Assembly: GCF_026210795.1 (NCBI RefSeq)
Contig: NC_089431.1
Location: forward strand, 3,658,001 to 3,722,000
Reading direction: 5' to 3'
Origin: Rhizophagus irregularis
Taxonomy: Eukaryota
Length of the DNA stretch: 64,000 nucleotides
The notes beneath the pieces are model-generated. The model saw nothing but the letters and a program-made list of their open reading frames with translations, was not told the origin of the DNA and searched no databases. Below, piece after piece: positions 25,244 through 35,934 of this stretch. The stretch's first letter is position 1. Every line of letters begins with the position of its first letter. The position numbers and the translations under genes were made by a program.

Positions 25244-27525
25244 TTTTTTTTTTTTTTTTTTTTCCACTCGCGTAAACGTGAAACTCCTTTATTAAATTTG
25301 TAAAAAGCGCACCATTTACAAAAGCAACCTCAAAGAATCACATTGAAGTAACCAGTGCAAGCACTGATTCAACCTCTCCATACCGGGCGCTTCGGCCTAC
25401 CGCTCGGTCAACCCACGATCCCCTTTAAATACTACACAACTACAAGAAAAACTATCTACCTATAAGTTATATTTACCTATATACACTATACAATGTCTAT
25501 ATTAAGTGAAACTACTTCTTTTTAACTAATCTACATCTACCTCCTCTATCTCGTCCGTGACTACCTGGTTTTCCTCCTCTTTTGTTATTTGATTCTGTAC
25601 TTACCACCACTTGATCTTCTTCATCTTCATCACTATCACTTTCTATTCCTTCTTCCTCCATTACACGGTCATCTTGTTTCTTTCTTAAGCGTTTCCGTTG
25701 TTCTACTTCTTCTTTTGCTTCTTTTAATACCTTCTTGTAAGTATCAATCATCCCATCGAGTCGCTTTACATATTCTGGAGTAAAAATCTTTTCTTTCTTT
25801 TTTTCCTTTTTTTCACCTAGCCTCTTGCTACATGTTTCATTTATTGATTCATACTCGTGCATTTCTAATGGTGATACCTGTTTAATATTTTCGTTGGATT
25901 TCGTTTCTTGCTCTTTTTCATTTTCAATCTTATCCAAGATTTTTTGATTTTCGTTCACTTTGTTTTGAGCTTCATCCACTTTCTTTTGTAACGTATCACG
26001 TTCCGCCCTTCCTTCTTCCATCTTCTTTTTTCTTTCTTTTAAATCCGTAACTAGCCCAGCATATCCGTATCTACATCGTTCAATCCACTTTTCATCATCT
26101 TTTTCTTCATGTGACAACTCTTTATTTATTTCTTCTCTTAAATCCAATACTATGTCTACAACTTTCTCTGGCGAAGCGTAATCTTTTATTGAAGTCGACG
26201 TGATATTTTGTGGAACTTCATCTAACAAATTTTTCCTATATTTATTTACTACGTCGATCACCTCATCTGTACTAACGTTATCTATAATTGTTGACGTGGC
26301 CACGGTTTGTTTTTTTGTTGCAGGCTGTGCTTTTCCATTATTTCATGGTGTAGTGCTGACCAAATCACTACGTGAGCCCCTTATTGGGAGGTCTACCGGT
26401 TGATTGCCCAAACCCTTACCATGAATAATCCAAGTATCGTCTCCTCTTTTATCTAAAGCCTTAGCTGCGTCCAATTGATCTTTGTCTTTAAAGTATGCAA
26501 GGAATACTAACTTTTTTCCAAAACGCGCCATTTTGCCGTACTCAAAAGAGTAATTTTTTCTAGCTACGTCTTGATAATAACTTGAACGAATTATTTTGTA
26601 TGCCTTCCACTTACATTTTTCTTTTATAGATTTAACTGTACTTTGTCCTGGAAACCAACGAACTTGCATCGCGGTTTGTCTCTTTTCACTATTTCCAAAT
26701 AAAAGTTGTACCTTCCATGTTTCTCTAACAAACTCACTTTCGTATTCCTCAAATAAGTTGATTTCAGCTCTTACCGATTGGTATTTGTAGTGCTTTTTAA
26801 TCCTTATTCTATGGACATTTCCTATATTTTTAATGGCTGAAATAACTTCACTTTCACTATACCGCGCTAGTATATCGTAAAACATTATGTCACGTGATGT
26901 TGCACATACGCCCCTTGAATTTTTTATGATCGGCTGTTGATCGACCGGTTCAGGTAGTATGATTTCCTTAACATCTTTTTTACCATGTTCTTTCTTTTTT
27001 GCATTTTTTCTTTGTTCGTTCTGACTATTGATTGGTTCTTTAAACTTACTATCATTTACTCTTTTTGGTACTTCTTCATGTGGCTGATTTTTTTGCTGCG
27101 CCTGGCGCAGCCATGAACGAAGCTGACATTTTCGTTCCCTATCCTTTTAACGTTATTATCATATTCTTTATATGCATATCTCAAGCAACCTCGTAATAGT
27201 ATTTCCACTGTTTCTCCTCTTATTCCCGTAGTTTCACTTATTTCGGTTAAAACTTTGTGTGTCCGTAGTGTTCTGAAGAAAATTTTATCAAGCTTGTTTT
27301 GTAACTTTTCTGACGAGCTGGTTTTTGCATTTTTGAAATTTTTCTTCACCAAAGTGCTGACTTCTTTTAGTATTTTTTCGTCGAACTCATCCTGGTGTAG
27401 GTATGACTCCATTTCCTTTACTTTTTGACAGTATTTTTATTAGAAAATGAAGTAATTTTTATATTTTTCTTCCCGTGAATTTTTTGGTCTGAATGATCGC
27501 CAGAGAGAGTTCTCCTAAATGGATC
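25244..27525 (-). mobile_element. Retroposon 2: ORF1-only non-autonomous non-LTR element (~2.3 kb)
   Basis: Poly(T) 25244-25263; AATAAA 24 nt before poly(A); TSD agaggattag(t)8 starting at 25234 and at 27526-27543, followed by an A run (TTTT/AA site). Confidence 0.9.
25512..27412 (-). pseudogene. Single ~633-codon ORF1p-like protein (basic linker, tandem RRM-like, coiled coil, acidic tract, RGG end) with one frameshift and one TGA
   Basis: Restoring one base near 27145 joins ORF 27056-27412 to an open frame running into SRDIMFYDILARYSESEVI (ORF 26343-26885). TGA 26343-26345 is in frame with ORF 25512-26303. Confidence 0.8.
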
Positions 27526-27690
27526 AGAGGATTAGTTTTTTTTAAAAAAAAAAAATTTACGCTTTTATATGTTGCACTGCAGTGATCAACAAATTTTAAA
27601 TCAGCTGATGATCACAAAATAAAATATTGTTACACAAAAAGCAAACTACAAGTGATAATTATATTTTATAAAATTTTTAATCTAGCAATT

Positions 27691-28090
27691 ATTATTGCTG
27701 TTTTCTAATTACTGTGATCTAGCATTATTTAATAAAAAAAAAATTTTTTGAGAAAATATGTGAAAATAAAAATTTTATTGCATTTTCAAATAAAGGAGGT
27801 ATAATTATAAGCTGAAAATTACAATTTTAAAAAAAAATTTTCAATTTTTAAATAAGTTTACTTATAAGTAACTTTTTAAATTTTGTGTAACAAATCGTTT
27901 TTTAAAAAGTTATTTATAAGCAAACTTATTTAAAGATTGAAAATTTTTTCTTAAAATTATAATTTTAGCTTATAATCATACCTCCTTTATTTGAAAACGC
28001 AATAAAATTTTTATTTTCACATGTTTTCTCAAAAATTTTTTTTTTTTATTAAATAATAATAGATCACAGTAATTAGAAAACAGCAATAAT
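27691..28090. repeat. Foldback inverted repeat with ~190-bp arms and ~20-bp loop
   Basis: attattgctgttttctaattactgtgatcta...actttttaaa pairs with tttaaaaagt...tagatcacagtaattagaaaacagcaataat. Confidence 0.9.
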
Positions 28091-28749
28091 ACACTCTGTT
28101 ATTGATAGTGGTATTCTTTTATGATTATATTATTGTGATCCAACTAAAAGTTATTTAATCATTAAATAAATGGAAGTATATAATTCAATTATTTAATCTT
28201 TAAAGCAAGTAATTGGGAAATTTCAACAGTTGATAAAAAAATTGTAATGAAACCAGAAAATTAAAATTTTATTTTAACATCTTTTTATATAACATAAACT
28301 TTTATTGATAAATGATTTGTTTCTTCTTTTAGTGCTTCCAAAAAAAATATATTATTTAAACTTTTTTTGAGTTTTTGGCTAATGACATAAATGTTTCTAA
28401 AATATAGTAACTCAATAAATTTAGTGCTCAAATATTGTGAATAAAACAAAAATAAATTTATTTCTAATAAATAAAATTTTAAAATATCATAATTTGCTTA
28501 GATAAAGATAAATAAATAATATAATTAAAATTTATTCCAAAAGTAATAAAACATATATTAAAAAATTTCTTGCAATTATGATGTAGCGGCATGTTCAAAG
28601 TATAGAATTCTAAGGAGGGACACAACAAAGAATATTAAAGGATTAAATAAATTGAAATTTGAACGAAGTTGTAGTTGTGGCGCAGAATATTACTGTTAAT
28701 AACTGAAGTAACGTTCGTGTATTAAGATTTTCACGATATAATAATTATA

Positions 28750-29630
28750 CAAACCTCTTCAAACTTTGATTTGCACTTTCGGCATTTTCTAATTTTTTAA
28801 GCACTACTTTTATAATTGAATTTTGTATTCCAAATTTTTCAACTCTTTTTAATTGTTTTTTTCCAGAATCCCATTCATCATATCTTCCATTAACCCAATC
28901 TGATATATAAATTTCAGAAAATCTACCTTTCGTTTAATACTTTCGTTGAATATTTAATATTTTATAAATTACAATATGGTTCCATTCAACTACCATATTT
29001 GGAATAAGTGTTTCCAATTGACATTTCTGTATTAATTCGTAATCCACAAGTCAACTGCAAATGATCTGCAGAAAATGGGAATCTGGCGTGGCGTCAAATA
29101 AAAGTAAAAAATTATGTGAAAAATTATTGCAGAAAAACAAATCATTTGAAACTTTGGGATAAATATTATGTATTAAAATATGTTGGTGTTGAATGGATTC
29201 ACATAAAGAGCATAATTTAAGGAATGAAAATCGGGCATCAGAAAAAAATACTAATGATCGACACAAATTTTCACCGAAATCAATATATGAATTTTTTTGC
29301 AGTAGACTCACGGATCACGAATTAAATTTATCAATCTTCTTTTATAATTTCGAATACAATATTCACAATATAATGTTTCTAAACACTCATGGTTACAGTT
29401 TTCACAAATTCTTTTTATTCCTGAATTATAAATAACTTTATCTCGATCATAAGACATAGTTAATTTTTTACTGCATAAGTTTTTTAATCATTTGTAAGAA
29501 TCTTATCAGCAAGAATTGTTTGTTTGTAAAATTCAAAATGTTTGTGTATATCATTGTAAATATTAGTATCTGTTAATGTTGTTGCTCTATTAATTGTTGC
29601 AGCAATTAACATAGATCAAAGAGTGGACAT
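28750..29630 (-). pseudogene. 5' half of a TKL kinase gene (CxxC...CxxC N-terminus), with stops and a MITE insertion
   Basis: MSTL*...INRA...KRICENCNHECLETLYCEYCIRNY; after the insert LIQKCQLETLIPNMVVEW...FSEIYISDWVNGRYDEWDS...VVLKKLENAESAN. Confidence 0.8.
29036..29321. mobile_element. MITE (~286 bp) flanked by ttaa
   Basis: TIRs ttcgtaatccacaagtcaactgcaaa and tttgcagtagactcacggatcacgaa; splits the IDK/LIQKCQ coding sequence. Confidence 0.7.
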
Positions 29631-30179
29631 AATGTAATCAATAAGTAAGAAAGAAATAATTATTTTAAGTTCGTTACTCCGAGATAAATTAGTAAAATTC
29701 AAATTGTTGATCAAAACTTCATGTGCCCACATAAATTTGTGATCTTGAGGCATAGTATTTTACGCCTCATAACCAAAAAAAGAAAAATATTACTACCATT
29801 TATTGCCCGCACGTAATATAACAATAAAAAAAACTCAATTTAAATGAATAATACGGGAAGTTGCAGAGTTCGGTTGACTAAAATGAGTGGAATACAGTGC
29901 TGTTACACCAGCAGTACACTTTACTCAATAGTACGTACATAATTGTCGCTTTGTAAGGATAAAAAACATAATAGTAACTAATTTTCTTATCTTTTGGCAT
30001 GCGTTTTGATCAACACGAATATTTTTACCGCTACTTATTTTCGCCAATCAATATGATACTTAAGTAGGTAAATAAGAATTGATATAACTAAAATTTTTTA
30101 TATTATTAAAATATCATAAAAAAAAATGTTTCAAAGAAAAATTGAAATAAAAAATAATTCAAATTCGAAAAATAATTAT

Positions 30180-31940
30180 TAATCACATCATTGTTTTAAT
30201 TGTTTTACCATTTCTGCGATTTTTTTTTCTTTTTTGTATTATTACCGTTCATCTTGTCATAAAAAATATATTAAGTTAATATAAATTCTAAATTAAATTA
30301 ACAAACACATTATGAAATTAATAGATACCGTTTCCGTATTCCATCTAGGAATGTATCCATTATAATTGCCCCGGTAGGTATCGTTCGTGGGTTCTTCCCA
30401 TGTATTGTTCACAGGTTTTTTCCATGTATTCTTTATTGGTTTTTCAATACTCCATGAACTAAGCTTTATGGAAATAAATTTGAATCATAATTTTAAAATA
30501 GTATAGGTTTATTTTAATGATAGAATTTCACTTAATAAATACCTTTTCTTCATCGAGATCTTCAATCTGAGAAGTAAACTTTAAGTGATGAAAAAAAAAA
30601 AGAATTCATATGAATTCAAACTATTAAATAAACATAGATTAATTACTTGAAAAATTTTTTATTTGGTACGTTTACCTTTTTTGAATATATAAAAATATGT
30701 ATATATAAAAAATAGTAAGCAATTTATAATTTTAAAAACTTGACGTAAAGTATATCTCAAAAAAAAAAAAAAAATTGATACCCTTCTTCCCTGTCTATGG
30801 TTGCGTTTACCAAATTTATTGTAATTTGGATTGTAATTTGGATTCTTAGGTAATGGCTGTATCCGGGTAATTAAAGGATCAACTACTTCTTTAGTATCTT
30901 GTTTTTGAGAATTAGTATTGGTAACCGTATATCCTGGATAAGTAGTAGTAGAAGGAATAGGGGGAGTAGGGTCCGAAGGATAAGTCTTTTCAGACATTTG
31001 TGGCCTTGATTTATAATTTAATTTGTCATGTAAACTTAATAAATCCATATATAAATCCTCGGGTAGAACTTCCTTGTAAGGTAATACTTTATCTGAAAAT
31101 TCTTTAGAAGTTAAACTATAGAATCTAATAAAAGGGATACAATTTCGTAAAGTATTCTTTAAAGAACTAAAATCATCTTTTGAATAATTAGAGGAATCTG
31201 AAAAAAGTTCTGGATTTTGTGTAAGACCCCATTTAAGAACGTTTTCCCATATTTGAATTTCATTCATTTGGAGATTATGACCTTGAATAAGCGAGATCAA
31301 AATTTTTTCTGGAATTGAAGTAAAATCTAATGACTTAAATATTTTATGTGGAGCTTCGTACATTAAATCTGTGCAATACCCCTGAAGTTCTAAGAAAGAA
31401 TCATTATCAAAACTTGTTTGATATATCAAATTAAAATTCTGTTCCGTCCAATTTGTTTTGTTTTTAATCAAAAAAGATTGTAAATAAATAACCAATTCTT
31501 GAAGATTTAATTCATTGGCGGCAATTAAAAGTTTAACTATATCTAAATTATTATAATCTTTCAAAAATAATTTCCCTCCATAAATATATCTAAAAAAAAA
31601 AGATAAAAAAATTATTCACGATTTAAAATAAGATATTTCAAGTTAATTTTTTTTTAAAATTTCATACTATTTTTTACCTTAATATTATTTGAAAAATTTC
31701 CGGTAAAATATTTGGTAATTTAATTTGTATCATAAAAGTTTCATCAATTTTCTTTTTATTTTTTGCCAAAATTCTTCGTAAATAAGATGAACGATAATTT
31801 AAGATAACCATATGTGCACGAAATATTCTTATGTTATTATCGTTTCCAACTTCAATAGCAATATCACAATATTCTTCATCATTATCTAAAATTTCAAGTA
31901 AATTTTGTGATAATTTTTGTGATAAATTATTATTATTCAT
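30180..31940 (-). CDS. BTB/POZ-BACK protein, multi-exon, with short Trp-periodic tail; 3' end approximate
   Basis: Exon 1 31940-~31678; exon 2 YIYGG...; later exon SSWSIEKPIKNTWKKPVNNTWEEP (~30330-30465). Confidence 0.8.
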
Positions 31941-32919
31941 TTTTTTTTTTTGAAAAATGTATACCGTATATATATTATATATATATAATGGTTATTCTCA
32001 AAAGGATGGAACCTTAATATATATGAATTTTAAATAATTTTGATCTTCAACAATTACATTTATTTCTTTTGGCTAAGTAATTGTTTTGTTAATCAGGAAT
32101 CGGAAAAATATTTTCCCGTATTTGTTCAAATTACAGGATTTTTTATTCAGGTTAAAAAAAGAATAGTTGCAATTATATTGCACACGCCACGAATTACCAA
32201 TATAAAAAAAGACAATAATATTTTTCTCATAAGGCAAATATTGTGCACATTTATAATCTATTTTTTTGAATATTCTTTAAAATAACGTTATAGATACGAC
32301 AAGGCAGATTTAGAAATAAAAACCTTTGATCTCACTTATCCGAAGTAATCTTCAAATTAATTCGAATTTGGGAAACATTTGTTCTCAAAAAGATAATTTC
32401 GAATAATGTGCTCATTTTATTTAAGTTTATAATTGTTTAATTATTAATTTTCAGAGATATAATTATGTCGCAAATATAATACCATATGAATTTATTGATG
32501 TCTACGAATATTAACTTATTTTCCATACCATTATACAGTAAAAATAATTGTTTATTTCTTATAATATCTTTTTTTTCTAAATAAAAAAAAAAAATTACAT
32601 TTTAATGACAGTAAAATCAGTACTTGTCAATAATAAGATTCTTTTCTCTAGCACTCTTCGGCATTATATTAATTTAATTTTTTAATACTGAAAGTACAAA
32701 TAATTGAATTTAGAAATGGGTCGCATTTCAAAACAAGCTTGTCATTTAAATAATCACTTGAAATTTTACTATTTATACTATATAAGAGCGATATGATTTT
32801 TATGTAACAATCTGATCACTCGAAGTCAAATCAGCACACAAGAAATTAAGTTTAAGATTGTTTTGGGTAAATAAGAATTGGAAAATTTAGAATAAAAAAA
32901 ACACTTGAAAAATTTTTCA

Positions 32920-34835
32920 TTAATTACGTCATTTTTTCACCAAATCTGCATATGAAAATACTTTCTTTTTTTTGTTTTTTTTCCTTTTCCTAATGCTATT
33001 CTCAATAATCGTGCTACTCTGAGCATCCTTGTCGTAAAAGATAAATTAAATTCATGAATTTCAAATTAAATATAAAATACTTTATAAATATTTTTATAGT
33101 TACCTTTTCTGTACTCCGTCCATAAACTGTTTCCACATCATCCCAAGATGTAACCGGCGCTACTGGATTTTCATCCCACATTCCTGTAGCTGTCATTACT
33201 GACGTTTCATCCCATCCACCTGCAGACTGAGGCGCTACTGGCTCTTCATACCATCCACCTGCAGACTGAGGCGCTACTGGCTCTTCATACCATCCACCTG
33301 CAGACTGCGGCGCTACTGGCTCTTCATACCATCCACCTGTAGACTGGGGCGTTACTGGATCTTCATTCCATTCACCTGCAGACTGCGGCACTACTGGCGC
33401 AAATAAACTAATAGGTTCATTACCTGGTTTATTACTCCACGATCCCTTGGGAGGTGCATGATAGGCTTTATTCTGCTTGCCTGAGATTAGTGCTTCCCAT
33501 GAACTGGTGAGTACATTATCCAATGAGCCCTTGGGAGATGCATAATCAGCTTTATTCTGCTTGCTTGAAATTAGCGTCTCATGTGGACCCTTAGGAAGTG
33601 CATTATCCCGTGAACTCTTAGGAGGTGCATAATTCCATAAATTAGAAGTTTCATTACGTTGTGATACATGCTTTAAAATAAAGTAATTCAATAAATTTAA
33701 TTAATACTTCTTTTAAGTCTTTAAAGTAAGTTCAAAAAAATAAAATAATTAATTAATTAATAACTTTAAACTTTAGCATAAATTTTTGATAAAATATTAT
33801 TATACCTTTCTTTCATCATCAATAGTCACAGCAGAAGTCGGTAACCCTTCTTTAGGCATACGAGGCTTTGATTTATGATTAATCTTACTATCAGGATGCA
33901 AATCTAAAAAGCTTTTTAATAAATCAACAAATAATTCCTCTGGTAAAACTTCCTTATAAGGTAGAATATTATCTGAAAATTCTTTAGCAGTTAAATTATA
34001 GAATCGTATAAAAGGAATGCATTGTTGTAAGGTATTTTTTAAAGAATTAAAGTCATCTTTTGAATAATTAGAGGGATCTGAAGAAAGCGCAGGATTTTGG
34101 GCAAGTCCCCATTTAAGAACATTCTCCCATACTTTAATTTCGTCCATTTGAAGATTATCGCTTTTAATAAGTGATATTAAAATTTTTTCTGGAATTGAAG
34201 AGAAATCTATTGATTTGAATATCTTATCTGGGTTTTTGGAAATTAAATTAGTGCAATATTCTTGAAGTTCTAAGAGTGAATCATTTTCAAAACTCGTTTG
34301 ATATACCAAACTAAAATTTTGTTCCATCCAGTTTGTTTTGTAATTAATCAAAAAAGATTGTATATAGGCAACCAACTCCTGAAGGTTCAATTCACTAGCA
34401 GCAACTATGATTTTAATAATATCTAAATTATCATAATTTTTCAAAGATGGTTCTCCGCCATAAATATATCTAAAAAAAAAAATAAGATTAATAAAAATAT
34501 ATAGATACATCATAGATTCAATATATTTATAAAACGCATAAATAATAAATTTATTAAATTTATTTTATTACTCATTACCTTAAAATTGTTTGAAAAATTT
34601 CTGGTAAAATATTTGGTAATTTAATGTGTACCAAAGTTTCATCATTTTTCGTTTTATTAGTTGACAAAATTCTTCGCAAATAAGAAGAACGATAATTCAA
34701 TATAACCATATGTGAACGAAATATTTTTACGTAAGGATCATTTCCAACTTCAATAGTAATATCATAATATTCGTTATCATCTAAAATATCGAGTAGATTT
34801 TGTGATAATTTTTGTAATAATTTATTATCATCCAT
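32920..34835 (-). CDS. BTB/POZ-BACK protein with PVAPQSAGGWxEE repeat tail; 3' end approximate
   Basis: ORFs 34575-34835, 33800-34513 and 33014-33691 joined by GT-AG introns. Confidence 0.85.
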
Positions 34836-35934
34836 TTTTTTTTAAAAAAAAAAATGTTGTCATGAGAGAAAAAGAAAATTGACACCTTATATGTAAATTT
34901 TATGTTACTCAAAATCGGAAAAAGTTTTCCCTTTTTTGTAGAACGAACTTTGCATTAAATCTAAAAAATGCAAAAATGAATGGGACCAAATATAATTTGT
35001 AGATCTTTTCTTTTTTTTAGATAATGCCAACCAGAGTTTATCAACAAGCATTATGCTTCTCTGACCAGAATTAAAGCTACTAATAGTAAATGTGCGCCGA
35101 TCACTTTATGTATTTGCTCGGGAAATTCTGTAAAAATAATTTAAACCCGAGGATTGAGATTAAATTATGAATACGATACTAATACGACTTTATAAATAAA
35201 CTAATTTTTATTTTCATTGAATACAGACAGAACTATTAAACATCGATTTTGCCTTTAAAATAAATCATGATCATGTCCCTGGCCCTTGAACATAGGGTCT
35301 CTGGTCCACGGGCAAAGATTTGTATACAATGCAACGTTTGCTGAAACCTCAGATTTAGCGACTTTAACACTTTTGGCATGTGACTATCATGTGACTATAG
35401 GGTAAATTGCTAGTGGCATTTTTTTTCATTTTGGCTGTCCAGTTTCTACCTCACTACTTTATGTTGGCTACATGGAGGTAATATAAAACCTTATTTGTTT
35501 TTAATTTTAAAAAATACGAATATTTTTTTCTAAAAAAATTTATGAAATTATAAATTCTATCTTTTCACTTCATATCTTCTATATATCAGAGATAATGAAT
35601 GTTGTGACAATTTATTAATTTTAAAAATACGAATTTATTTTAAATCCATTAATGAATATTTTCGAAAATAAAACTGCATAAATTTACCTAATATTTATAA
35701 GTTTTTTTTAATGCATTGTAAAAAATTTATATTATTAAAATATATAGTACGAATTCATTGTAAATTTATTGTGCAATTTATTATCTATACAATATATTAC
35801 TGAAATGCATTATAATAATATAATAAGATACTCGTTATTGTTAATTTATTGATATATAGCAAAAATGTATGATAAAAAATTCTACATGTATTTAAATTTG
35901 AATAGTAAATAAATTATGTAATTAAATATAAAAT

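Noticed and set aside
14254..27412. TGA=Trp code suggesting a mitochondrial, mitoviral or Mollicute origin of the retroposon ORFs
   Set aside because: Trp is encoded by TGG throughout, one TGA aligns with Lys, and AATAAA plus poly(A) indicate nuclear mRNA. CGA-to-TGA mutation is simpler.
13871..27525. Interpretation as 5'-truncated autonomous LINEs
   Set aside because: 5'-truncated LINEs keep the 3' part of ORF2. These keep an ORF1-like gene next to the poly(A) and share 5' termini.
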